The position numbers and the translations under genes are program-made. A stretch of DNA of 64,000 nucleotides. It comes from an uncultured bacterium. Lineage in GTDB: Bacteria > Auribacterota > Erginobacteria > Erginobacterales > Erginobacteraceae. Where the stretch lies: positions 352,001-416,000 of the forward strand of contig CAWGIE010000026.1 in the NCBI GenBank assembly GCA_963822585.1. The letters run 5' to 3'. Below are positions 9,396 to 18,649 of this stretch, piece by piece. The notes below the pieces were generated by a model. That model saw only the letters and a program-made list of their open reading frames with translations, was not told the DNA's origin and searched no databases. The stretch's first letter is position 1; the number at the start of each line of letters is the position of its first letter.

Positions 9396-12254
9396 TTAGC
9401 GCAGCTGTTTCTCCCTTTCCTTGATCGTGGTGGTGAAATATCCTCCCGTCATCGCGTCCAGACTGGCATCGAGCTGCTGGATCTGGAGCAGCATCTCAAC
9501 CTTGGAATAGGCATCGGCGGGAGGGTTCATGATCATGTCTATCCGGGCGGTGCGGCGATCGAAGTAATAGAGGGTGACCTGTTCCAGGACATCCTGCCGG
9601 AGTTCGACCAGATCCCGGGCTTCCTTGCTGATCCTGAGCTGCTCGGTATTATAGAGGAAATCGCCCAGTTCCCATCCGAAAGAAAGACCCCACACTTGCT
9701 CGGTGGAGTCCCGGTAGCCGGTGTCGGCCCTCCTATCCTCGCCATAGTCTTCACCGTAATTATCCTGGGAATCGCTCCCTGTTTCCCTCTGCTGGTAGTA
9801 ATCATTACTCTGCTCGAACTGGTAGATATCCCCGTCGGTGGGACTGACGGTGAAGGAGGTGTCAAACTCGTTGCCGGTGCGGTCCTTGTTCTGGTTGTAA
9901 TTCCCGCCATTGTTGTCGTAGCTGGTGGAGTAGGAGTACGACTCTTTCTGAGCGTAGTCTTCCCGTTCCCGGGTTCTCCGGGAAAAGCCGAAATCGATTT
10001 GAGGAAGGAAGGCCATCAGAGAGGCGCCCCGGCGCCAGGCGGCGATCTTGTCCGGGTGGACCTCCGCCCAGCGGGCGGCCGCCTGCTGCACTTCCACCCA
10101 GGTGGGCTCGGCGCGGAAATACGGCGCCAGATCGTCCAGCCCGGTAATCTGCTCGGGCGGGATCAGGTTGACCGCTTCTTGTCCTTCCGGAGCGGCGGCG
10201 GAAGCCATCCGGGAAAGGCTGAAATTGGGGACGCCGTCCTTGACGCCCTCCAGGGTCAGCTTGAGGTCGGCCGCGCCGTCACCATCCAGGTCCACCTCTT
10301 CGCTCTGGCCGGGTCTGACCTGGATCGTCCGGGGTTCGGACTCGATGATGACGGTCACCATCCCGGTGGCATCGTCGATGGTTTCGACCGTTATGCTGTG
10401 CCGTTCGTTTCCGTCAAGGGTAATCTCGCCGTTGCCGGCGAGGGCCAGCGTGTCCCCGGAGGAGAGGTCGAGGAAAAGGGGGGGGGCGCTCCGGAAAACC
10501 CGGTTGTCGGTAATCATCCAGACCGTGGCCGGGTTGAGGGGATCAAAAGCGAGGAAATTACAGCCGGAGAACGTCGAGCCGAAGGTGAGTCTCTCCCACG
10601 CCCCCCCTCCGTCCCTGCTTCCGAAAACCCCCCGGTCGGTGGCGATGATGACCGTGTCCGGACTGGTCGGAGAGACGATCAGATCCCGGACCTGAACCGT
10701 GCTTCCGATCCCCAGTCCCATGGCGGAGTCCCAGCTCGCCCCGCCATCCACGCTTTTGTACACTCCGCTAAAGGTCCCGGCGTAAATCACCTGCGGCTGG
10801 GAGGGGGCGAACTTGATGGAGAGGATCGAGTTGGCCTGCTGGTTGCCCTTGCTGAAGCAGTCCGTCCAGGTGTCTCCCCCGTCAACGCTCTTGAATATCC
10901 CCTTGCCGGCGGTGCCGGCCAGCACCACCTTCGAGTCGAAGGGATGAACGGCCAACCGGGTGATGACCTTATCGCTTACCCTCCCGACAAGCCGGCCCCA
11001 GGTCTTCCCGCCGTCTTTGCTGCGGGCGATCCCGCTCAGGGAACCCGCGAAGATGGTGTCCGGATTTGAGGGATCGACGACCAGGGAAACCCCCGCCGAC
11101 TGGGTGGGATTGGCGCCAGTATAGATCTGCTCCCAGGTGACGCCCTTATCTATTGATTTATATACCCCGTCAAAGGTGTTGAGGAATATCCTGTCCGAGC
11201 TGGAGGGGTCGAACTCGATATAGGTGACGCCGGAGATGGATAATCCCGCTTCCGCCACCGCGGCGGCGGCGGCTTCGTCTTCATCGAGGACCGGGGCGCC
11301 CTCGGCGGCGACCGCGGCGCCCGGCGCCTGCTTGTCTTGCAGGTCGGCCAACTCTTTCTCGGCCGCGGCCTGAGCCGCCGCGGCATCAGAGGCAGCTGAC
11401 TGCTCCACCGCTATCCTGGCCTCGACATCCTTGACCAGGTTTTGGCTCTCCGTGACATCGTTCTTGGCCTGGTCGACGACATCCTTCAGAGTGTCGCCGG
11501 CAGCCGCGTGCTCGGTCAGGTAGTTCTTCAGGGCTTCCTGACGCTCATGAGGGTCGCTCGGGGTCGCGATGCCCCGCTCAGTGAGCCAGTTCCCCAGCTG
11601 GGCATAATCGTCATCATCCATATAGTTATCTTCGGTATAGGTGAGGCCGTCAACATCGTCGGCATGGAGTTCATCCGGCGTCCACGCGGAGAGGGCGGTC
11701 TCGGCATCCTTCAGCACCTTCTCATCCTGGATCACGGCCGCCTCGGCTTCCTTGAGCTGGGTGTCCAGGTCCTTGACATCGCCCTCGGTGGCGGCAATAG
11801 TGGCATCTTTCTCCGACACCACTCCTTGCGCCTGGGCGATCTCCTCCTGGACGGCATCCTGCTCGACCTGCGCCTCGATGCCCTCCTCCTGTCCGCCGGT
11901 GGGCCGGGTGGCCGACGACGTCCCGCCGGTCTCCTCGATCAGGAGCAGGATCTCCTGCGCTTCCGGGCTATCCGCGGCGGAGACCGGGACTTTATTATTC
12001 CGGAAACTCTCGCCCGAGGTCCAGGTCTCCCCCCCGTCCGGACTGCTGACAACCGCCAGATTGGTCCCGATAAAGACTACCTGGGGGTCGAGTGGATCAA
12101 GTGCCAGGGCCCGCAGGTCGTCCTTGAGATTAAGATACTTGACTTCCCAGTTCAGGGGAAGGGGCTGGGGATAAGCTGCGGAAGAGATCAACATCAACCC
12201 GGTGATGGCCAAGAAGCAAGCGGACGGCACGATACAAATCCTGGCTCTGATCAT
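9396..12254 (-). CDS. Secreted protein: BNR/Asp-box beta-propeller with inserted acidic coiled coil, DxDGDG Ca-binding-like domain, C-terminal TolC/OEP-like repeat with 110-aa insert
   Basis: Signal peptide; S.D.G.TW Asp boxes (SPDGGETW, SIDKGVTW, SKDGGKTW, SVDGGDTW, SVDGGASW, SRDGGGAW); Ala/Glu/Gln heptads; DLDGDGAAD; C-terminus paralogous to 8256-9149. Confidence 0.85.
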   Translation of the reverse strand: MIRARICIVPSACFLAITGLMLISSAAYPQPLPLNWEVKYLNLKDDLRALALDPLDPQVVFIGTNLAVVSSPDGGETWTSGESFRNNKVPVSAADSPEAQEILLLIEETGGTSSATRPTGGQEEGIEAQVEQDAVQEEIAQAQGVVSEKDATIAATEGDVKDLDTQLKEAEAAVIQDEKVLKDAETALSAWTPDELHADDVDGLTYTEDNYMDDDDYAQLGNWLTERGIATPSDPHERQEALKNYLTEHAAAGDTLKDVVDQAKNDVTESQNLVKDVEARIAVEQSAASDAAAAQAAAEKELADLQDKQAPGAAVAAEGAPVLDEDEAAAAAVAEAGLSISGVTYIEFDPSSSDRIFLNTFDGVYKSIDKGVTWEQIYTGANPTQSAGVSLVVDPSNPDTIFAGSLSGIARSKDGGKTWGRLVGRVSDKVITRLAVHPFDSKVVLAGTAGKGIFKSVDGGDTWTDCFSKGNQQANSILSIKFAPSQPQVIYAGTFSGVYKSVDGGASWDSAMGLGIGSTVQVRDLIVSPTSPDTVIIATDRGVFGSRDGGGAWERLTFGSTFSGCNFLAFDPLNPATVWMITDNRVFRSAPPLFLDLSSGDTLALAGNGEITLDGNERHSITVETIDDATGMVTVIIESEPRTIQVRPGQSEEVDLDGDGAADLKLTLEGVKDGVPNFSLSRMASAAAPEGQEAVNLIPPEQITGLDDLAPYFRAEPTWVEVQQAAARWAEVHPDKIAAWRRGASLMAFLPQIDFGFSRRTREREDYAQKESYSYSTSYDNNGGNYNQNKDRTGNEFDTSFTVSPTDGDIYQFEQSNDYYQQRETGSDSQDNYGEDYGEDRRADTGYRDSTEQVWGLSFGWELGDFLYNTEQLRISKEARDLVELRQDVLEQVTLYYFDRRTARIDMIMNPPADAYSKVEMLLQIQQLDASLDAMTGGYFTTTIKEREKQLR

Positions 12255-12301
12255 GAGCGACCTCCTTAATGGAAAATTGACATATTTTATTAATGTATCG
12301 T

Positions 12302-12330
12302 ATAGTAAGAAAAGTTTGACTCGCGGTCAA
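12302..12330 (-). promoter_or_regulatory. Putative sigma70 promoter for the 12254 gene
   Basis: Minus strand TTGACC-N17-TACTAT; overlaps a TTGAC-N5-GTCAA inverted repeat in the divergent intergenic region. Confidence 0.5.
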
Positions 12331-12355
12331 CAGAAAAAAATATTTTTCTTACTCC

Positions 12356-14230
12356 ATGAAATTGACCCATCCGTACCGGATTCTCCTGCCGGCTCTCCTC
12401 CTGGCGACCGGGGTGCTCTTCGCCCCCTCTCTCCGCTTCCCTTTCATCTGGGATGACACCGAGGTCATACGCGACAACCCCTACCTCCGCTCCGCCGGCT
12501 CATCGGCTCTTTTCTTCCGGCCCGCCTACTGGCAGCAGATGCTCCCGATCTCCCGCTCCGACTACCGGCCTCTCCAGATGATCTCACTGGCCGCCATCTC
12601 CCGGGTGGGGGGGACGAACCCGTTTTTCTTTCGGGGCGTCAACCTCGCCCTGCATCTTTTAGCCTGCCTACTTCTGCAATCGCTTCTCCTCCGCCTGGGA
12701 GCGGGAAAACCGGTGGCCCTGACGGCCACGGCCCTCTTCGCCTTGGACCCGGTTCACGTGGAAGCTGTTTTCAATGCCCGGAACATCGCCGAGCTGGCGG
12801 CGGCCGTCCTTCTCCTCTCGGCCTTCATCCTCTTCCTCCGCAACCGCGGAAGGCTCACTTTCGCCGCGGCGGGCTGCTTCCTGGGTTCACTCCTCTATAA
12901 GGAGAGCGCGCTCGTCTTCCCGGCGCTTCTGACCGCCACCGTCCTGACCGCGGGGAGAGCGGAGTTACGGATTCGCGGACTGCGTCGCACCATCCCCTTC
13001 TGGTTGATGGCGGCCGCAGCCGCGGCCGCGAAGATCATGCTCTCGGGGAGCGTCCTGAAGGAGACCCCCCCCCTTCCTTCCTTCATCACCGGCATCTCCC
13101 GCCTGGGATTGATCTACTTTCGCCTCCTCCTCTTCCCGGCCGGGCTCAAGACCCTCTACTCCTTTTTTAAACCGGTCAGCTGGGCAACTCCGGAAAACAT
13201 CCTTTCTTTTTTGGCGGCGGCGGCCTTGCTGCTCGCCGCCAGCGCGGCCGGGCGAAAAAGCCGGCTTTTCCGGTGGGCCCTGGTCTGCCTGCTGATCAGC
13301 CTCCTGCCGACCCTGTTCAAGATCGGCCAGATCGGGCGAATCGTGGCCGAACAGCGGCTCTATTTCCCCTCCTCCTTCTTCTGTCTCGGGGGGGCTCTCA
13401 TCATTCATCGTGTTTATGAAGGCTGCCGCCGACCGGGACGGTCGGCGACCGTTATCTCCGCGATCGTCATCTGCGTGGCCCTCTTCATATTGAGCGAAAA
13501 GTATCTCCTGAGCTGGCGGAGCGAGATGGCCCTCTGGACGAGGGTAACGACTCTCTCACCCCGGGCCGCCCTCGCCCGGAACAACCTGGCCATCGCCTTC
13601 CACCGGCAGGGGGATGATGAACGGGCGAGGGAAGAACTGGAAATCGCCCTGCGGCTCAGTCCCCGCCACAGGGAATCCCACAGCAACATGGGGGTACTCC
13701 ACGCGCTTGCGGGCCGCTGGGAAGAGGCGGCCATCGAATTCAAGAAAAGTTTAAAGAGCGACCCCTCATACTACGCGGCCTCCCTCCACCTGGGCGAGGT
13801 CTATCTGAGGATGGGACGACTGGAGGAAGCGGAAGAAGTGCTGCGGGGGGTCGTGAAGGCAAACCCTTATATCCCGCAAGCCTGGAACGGTCTGGCCATC
13901 ATCCTGGAAGAGATGGGGAGGGGCCGGGAGGCGGAAAAACTCTACCGGACGGCCGTCCGGCTTAATCCGGAGTACATCTCCCCCCTGAGAAACCTGACCG
14001 CGCTCTACCACGAACGCAAGGACTTTGACCGGGCGATCGCGACCGGCCGCGAAGCGATCCGGAAACAGCCGGGGAATCCCAACGGCTACATCACGCTCTC
14101 GAGTGTCTACATCACCCTGGGACGCCTCACTGAAGCGCGGCGAGTTCTGGAGGAAGGACAGCGGAAGCTGCCCGGGAATGGGGAGCTCAGAAACCGCATC
14201 CTGGCGCTCAAATCCGCGCGGCCGGACTAA
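12356..14230 (+). CDS. TMTC-like GT-C membrane glycosyltransferase with C-terminal TPRs
   Basis: FIWDD, YRPL, N..LH, LFALDPVHVEAV, YKES, AEQRLYFPS, W.SE..LW followed by several TPRs. Confidence 0.85.
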   Translation: MKLTHPYRILLPALLLATGVLFAPSLRFPFIWDDTEVIRDNPYLRSAGSSALFFRPAYWQQMLPISRSDYRPLQMISLAAISRVGGTNPFFFRGVNLALHLLACLLLQSLLLRLGAGKPVALTATALFALDPVHVEAVFNARNIAELAAAVLLLSAFILFLRNRGRLTFAAAGCFLGSLLYKESALVFPALLTATVLTAGRAELRIRGLRRTIPFWLMAAAAAAAKIMLSGSVLKETPPLPSFITGISRLGLIYFRLLLFPAGLKTLYSFFKPVSWATPENILSFLAAAALLLAASAAGRKSRLFRWALVCLLISLLPTLFKIGQIGRIVAEQRLYFPSSFFCLGGALIIHRVYEGCRRPGRSATVISAIVICVALFILSEKYLLSWRSEMALWTRVTTLSPRAALARNNLAIAFHRQGDDERAREELEIALRLSPRHRESHSNMGVLHALAGRWEEAAIEFKKSLKSDPSYYAASLHLGEVYLRMGRLEEAEEVLRGVVKANPYIPQAWNGLAIILEEMGRGREAEKLYRTAVRLNPEYISPLRNLTALYHERKDFDRAIATGREAIRKQPGNPNGYITLSSVYITLGRLTEARRVLEEGQRKLPGNGELRNRILALKSARPD

Positions 14231-14348
14231 CCCCCTCCCTGCCTTTCCCCCTTTTTTAACCGCGGATTGGGCGGATTAGCCGGATTACTTACCGCTCCCC
14301 GGCCCTTTTCATCAGCCGCGGAAACAGGCAAAATATGAATAAATCGGG

Positions 14349-15146
14349 TTATTCCTGATTTTTCTCAACCTCGTCCTTGACATCATCGATCTTCCCCTCG
14401 AGGTCCTTGATGTCGTCGGTGTCGTCCTTTATCTCCTCGACAATATTCAAAATATCCTTCAGAATATCCATCTCGTCCCGGATATCGGAAACATCACCGG
14501 CGATATCCTCCACCGTGCTCGAGTCGCCGACAGATGATTCCAGCTTATCGACCGAATCAGCAATGTCGCCGGCCGCGTCCTTGACATCGTCGAGGCGCCG
14601 GCCCATGTCGGAAATATCCGCGGTCTCGTCCTTGATGTCGCTGACCATATCGCTGATATTCTCCGTCTCTTTCGTGTTCGATTCCACCTTGGAGATGGCC
14701 TTCTTCAACTCGGCATTCTCCCGGGTGAGTTCGATCAGTTTTTGAATAATCAGCTGTTGCTGGCGCACGATCTCTTCCCGGTCCTGCATGCTCCGGCTTC
14801 GCGCTTCCGGATCGACTTTGAGCTCGATCTTGAAGAGCGTCTTATTTTCTATCACATTGACGCCGCGGGGGGTCTCCTCGAGATTATATTCCGTCTCCGG
14901 CTGGACCAGGCCGGGCGCGGTCCCGGCGGCCGCCCGGCGAAACACGGCCAAAGCCTGCGCCATTTTTTCCCGGGCCAGGTCCTCGTTACCAGCCTCCCGG
15001 GCCTGGTAGGCTTCCTTTAAAATACCATAGCCCTGATCGATGTCATCACCGGGCGCGGCTGGCGGAAAGGCGGACGATTCGGTCAAAGCAACGATCAAAA
15101 AACAAACAATCAGGAACAGACCGTTTCTATTCTTTTTCATCATCAT
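14349..15146 (-). CDS. Secreted hypothetical protein with acidic coiled-coil C-terminus
   Basis: Signal peptide; repeated DIxD/DVKD heptads. Confidence 0.75.
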   Translation of the reverse strand: MMMKKNRNGLFLIVCFLIVALTESSAFPPAAPGDDIDQGYGILKEAYQAREAGNEDLAREKMAQALAVFRRAAAGTAPGLVQPETEYNLEETPRGVNVIENKTLFKIELKVDPEARSRSMQDREEIVRQQQLIIQKLIELTRENAELKKAISKVESNTKETENISDMVSDIKDETADISDMGRRLDDVKDAAGDIADSVDKLESSVGDSSTVEDIAGDVSDIRDEMDILKDILNIVEEIKDDTDDIKDLEGKIDDVKDEVEKNQE

Positions 15147-15260
15147 AAGTCAGCGCCTCCGGCGCAACTTGTAGTGCAAAGTATAAGGTGTACGGGGCAC
15201 TTTCCCCCTTTGTCCTGCACTTTACGCTACCGTTTTTAAAATTCCGAAACAATAGATGAG
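15147..15260. repeat. Intergenic element: TCAG-hairpin, GTAG...CTAC cargo, AAATTCCGAAAC end
   Basis: Same architecture as 45925-46048 (AGCGCCTCCGGCGC.ACTTGTAGTG...CGCTAC...AAATTCCGAAACA). Confidence 0.75.
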
Positions 15261-15371
15261 TTCCCTGCAGTAGCTCATGTACTATTATTGTCTGAAATAG
15301 TATTGTCCCGAGAGTAAAAAAATCAACCTTTATCTTGATAAATCAACATCCTGGCGTGACCGGGAAAATGA

Positions 15372-16592
15372 TTAATTTTCCCGGTCGCTCCAGGATAAAC
15401 AATAGAGCTTCCGGTCTGAAGAGGCGCCGAAGATTTGTTGCCCGTCCAGGGTCAGCCAGGCCGGGGCGGAACTGAAGAGATTATACTCCCAGACTTGATC
15501 CCCGCTGGCGGCGGAGAGACAGTGGATCACCCCCCCGGAATCGGAAACCAGAACGTCACCGCCCGCAATCCGGGGGATGGAGAATAGAGACGAGGCAATC
15601 TTGCGCTCCCATTGAACACTGCCGTCGGCGGCACGGAATCGGTACAGTTTCCCGGCCCTGGTTCCCGTGAAAACCGCATCCCGGTACAGGGTCGGAGAGT
15701 CGGAGGGGGAGCCGTCCACGCTGCTTTTCCAGACCGTCCGCCCGGCGCCCAGATCGATACAGTACAAATCTCCCCGGTTATTCCCCGCGTAGACTTTCCC
15801 CTCCCGGCAGAGGGGAGCGACGGAAACGCCGCTTCCCAGATCGGCTTTCCAGATCTGCTTCCCCCCCGCCAGATCAAGACAGAGGAGAGAACCGTCCCGG
15901 GAACCGGCCACCACGCGGTCAGCGCAGACCACCGGCGAAGCGTCAACCGGAGCATCGGTCTTGAACTCCCAGCAGATACTGCCGGTGGCTCTGTCCAGAC
16001 AGTAAATTTTATAATCCAGGCAGCCGGCGAGCAGACGGTCCCCGGCGGGGACGGGCGAAGAATGAACGGGTGCCGGCAGATGGCGCCTCCATCGCCGGCG
16101 CCCGGTGCCCAGATCCAGGCACCGGATCTCCCCCTCATCTTCCATGGTCTGGGTAGTCCGGGGGGGGGAGCCGAAGATCCCTCCCCCCGGTTCATGAGTG
16201 ACGGTGACTTCCCGGCGGGAGATCGAGACGTATACTTTTTCATCCCTGACGACCGGAGAGGCCGCTATGTATCCGGAGAACCGCCGGGACCATATTTTCC
16301 GTCCGCTGGCCGAATTGAGACAGCTCAGGATCCCGGCCCGGTCGCCGATCACCACCTTTTTGGAGAATACCGCCGGCGCCGCATCAAACGGCCCTTTCGA
16401 ATTGAACCTCCAGAGCAAATGGGGCCGGGGAATGAGATCGGCGTGCGGAAGCGGCGCGGGAAGAGGTTCGGCCCCTCTGGCCGGAAAGGGCCGGGATAAG
16501 CACAGGCAGCCAAGAATAATCAGGAGGGGTCTCATCCTCAGGGAATCCGACAGGACCCGCGAATTCACTTTTCCCCCGGAGAGAGCACGCAC
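15372..16592 (-). CDS. PQQ-type (BamB-like) beta-propeller protein; true start may be downstream at MRPLL
   Basis: Repeated lyCld..tG...W.f......SP motifs; hydrophobic N-terminal segment. Confidence 0.8.
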   Translation of the reverse strand: MRALSGGKVNSRVLSDSLRMRPLLIILGCLCLSRPFPARGAEPLPAPLPHADLIPRPHLLWRFNSKGPFDAAPAVFSKKVVIGDRAGILSCLNSASGRKIWSRRFSGYIAASPVVRDEKVYVSISRREVTVTHEPGGGIFGSPPRTTQTMEDEGEIRCLDLGTGRRRWRRHLPAPVHSSPVPAGDRLLAGCLDYKIYCLDRATGSICWEFKTDAPVDASPVVCADRVVAGSRDGSLLCLDLAGGKQIWKADLGSGVSVAPLCREGKVYAGNNRGDLYCIDLGAGRTVWKSSVDGSPSDSPTLYRDAVFTGTRAGKLYRFRAADGSVQWERKIASSLFSIPRIAGGDVLVSDSGGVIHCLSAASGDQVWEYNLFSSAPAWLTLDGQQIFGASSDRKLYCLSWSDREN

Positions 16593-16596
16593 TGCT

Positions 16597-18024
16597 TCAC
16601 TTCTCGACGGAAATGACTGTCTTGATCCGAGATTTTGCGGACGGGGGCAGATAGATCTGGCGAAGGAGGCCGTGGATGATTTTATCTTCCTTTTTATGCT
16701 GAGAAATTTTTTTCTGGAGCTTGTAGGAAAGACTGATCACCGTATGGGCCCGGATTCGTTCCCGGGCATATATGGGATGGATATTCTCCAGCGCCCGATA
16801 GCAGATCATGATGGCGTTATCCGTCTCCCCCTGCTTGAGATAGATCTCTCCCAGGCCTACCTGAGCGCGGGTGTTGTGGCCGAAAAGCTCCATCACGCGC
16901 TGGAAAACTTCGGTCGCCGCGTTCAGATCCTTCTTTTTCAGCAACTGTTCCGCCAGCTTGATCATGGACTCATAGGTGTCTTTCCCGGCCACCGCGGTCG
17001 CCTGGAGGCGATGCAGATCGGCGCCCACCGGGTCATTCAATTCTTGCCGGGCCCGGGAAATGATCCGATGGGCGAGAACCTGTTCCCAGGAAAAATAAAA
17101 ACTGGTATCCTTCAAACCGCGCAGACAATACTCAATCGCTTTCTCCGGCTCCCCCTGTTTGAGGGCGATCCATCCCCGGCAGATAGTCACCCGGGCGTTG
17201 CCGGGGATCTTTTTCTCGATGGCCGTCAGGTAGTTAAGCGCCTCGTCAAATTTTTTCTCCTGGATTTTCAGTTCCGCTAGATGGATTAACCCCTGGAACG
17301 AATCGGGCTTGATCTTCAGAATCTCGTTGAACTCGTATTCGGCCAGGCGGAGGTTGCCCAGCTCCTTCAATGCGATTCCCAGCCAGGTTCGGGTCTCGAT
17401 GGACCGGGGACGGAAGGCAACCGCGCTCTCAAAACTCTGGACTGCTCCCAGGAACTCCCCGCGCCGCAGATCGAGTTTCCCGAGTTCAAGGCAGCGGTCA
17501 TAGGATTCCCCGTAATTCTTGATGGCTTCCTGAAGAATCTTAACTGAACTGTCCAGATCGCCTTCCACCGCGTAGATATGAAACAGACGCTGGAAACTGC
17601 GCACCTTGATCGGATTGGCCGCCGGAATGGACCGATAGAGGGCGATCGCTTCTTCATAATTCAGCGCCCGACGGTAAATCTTTTCCAGGCGGATGTATGA
17701 CTGGAAACGATCGGGGTAACGCCGGATCAGTCTCTTGTAAGTGCGGATGGCCGTTACTTCTTCCCCGGCGTTCTCGAATGCCAGGGCAAGCTTTAAAAGA
17801 AGCCGGTAGGAATGCGGATGCTTACGGACGGCGTAACGGTAAAAAAGGACCGCCTCTTCGAACTGGCCGTCACTGGTCAGCCAATGTCCCAGACGCAAAA
17901 AGTTGGTCAGATACTGGGGATAGGCGAGGATATCTTCCCAGAGTTGTCTTTTCTGTGGATTGACGAGGCGGGATGCGAGGGCCTTGCCGTCGGATTCCAA
18001 TTTGAAACTTTTCGCAGACATCAT
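16597..18024 (-). CDS. Multi-TPR protein
   Basis: Many TPR consensus units (WLGIALKELGN, GLGEIYLKQGE). Confidence 0.85.
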   Translation of the reverse strand: MMSAKSFKLESDGKALASRLVNPQKRQLWEDILAYPQYLTNFLRLGHWLTSDGQFEEAVLFYRYAVRKHPHSYRLLLKLALAFENAGEEVTAIRTYKRLIRRYPDRFQSYIRLEKIYRRALNYEEAIALYRSIPAANPIKVRSFQRLFHIYAVEGDLDSSVKILQEAIKNYGESYDRCLELGKLDLRRGEFLGAVQSFESAVAFRPRSIETRTWLGIALKELGNLRLAEYEFNEILKIKPDSFQGLIHLAELKIQEKKFDEALNYLTAIEKKIPGNARVTICRGWIALKQGEPEKAIEYCLRGLKDTSFYFSWEQVLAHRIISRARQELNDPVGADLHRLQATAVAGKDTYESMIKLAEQLLKKKDLNAATEVFQRVMELFGHNTRAQVGLGEIYLKQGETDNAIMICYRALENIHPIYARERIRAHTVISLSYKLQKKISQHKKEDKIIHGLLRQIYLPPSAKSRIKTVISVEK

Positions 18025-18196
18025 TAACTATCTCGCAGCTTCGGAATGGTAACACATATTTAATGAGCCCGGGAGCGGCTCCAATACATCGGAACACGCA
18101 ATTAAGCATCTGCAGTAAGTGGACAGGCGCTCATTTGAACAAAAGTGTCCCCGCAAAACAACATAATAATTATGACTTTTTTGATTCCCCATCCTA

Positions 18197-18469
18197 TCAT
18201 CTGATCGAGAAAGAGGAAAATGATTTTTTTACCGGCGGCCAGCGTACCTCCACCCCGGTGACCTGAGCACCGGGAGGACCCTGCCGGCACCAGGTCAGGA
18301 GGTCTCTCAATTCATTCTCGCCGCCATGAGCGATAATCTCCACGCGGCCGTCAGAAAGATTTCTCACGAAACCGGTCAATCCGAGCGCCGCCGCCCGTCG
18401 CCGGGCGCTATATCGGAAAAACACGCCCTGTACCCGGCCGGAGACGAGGATGTGGACTTGCCTGGTCAC
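18197..18469 (-). CDS. acyP: Acylphosphatase
   Basis: [28 protein letters not shown]. Confidence 0.95.
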   Translation of the reverse strand: MTRQVHILVSGRVQGVFFRYSARRRAAALGLTGFVRNLSDGRVEIIAHGGENELRDLLTWCRQGPPGAQVTGVEVRWPPVKKSFSSFSIR

Positions 18470-18522
18470 TGTTTTAATAGGACAGTATATTTTTTCTTCA
18501 TATCTATTAATCTATGCATCAA

Positions 18523-18600
18523 GGAGTGATGGAATACTGGAGTATTGGAGTAATGGGTGCCCTCTCCAACACTCCACTACTCCATCACCCCATTACTCCA
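18523..18600. repeat. Inverted tandem 8-mer repeat (GGAGTA[A/T]T-type / TACTCCA-type)
   Basis: GGAGTGATGGAATACTGGAGTATTGGAGTAATGG ... CCAACACTCCACTACTCCATCACCCCATTACTCCA. Confidence 0.75.
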
Positions 18601-18649
18601 CGAAGCCCAAAATACAGATACCGATGGAGTCAAGGGACCCCGTAAACTG

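Noticed and set aside
9696..12269. Plus-strand ORFs of 457, 215 and 275 aa
   Set aside because: Antisense to the 952-aa gene; typical of high-GC codon bias
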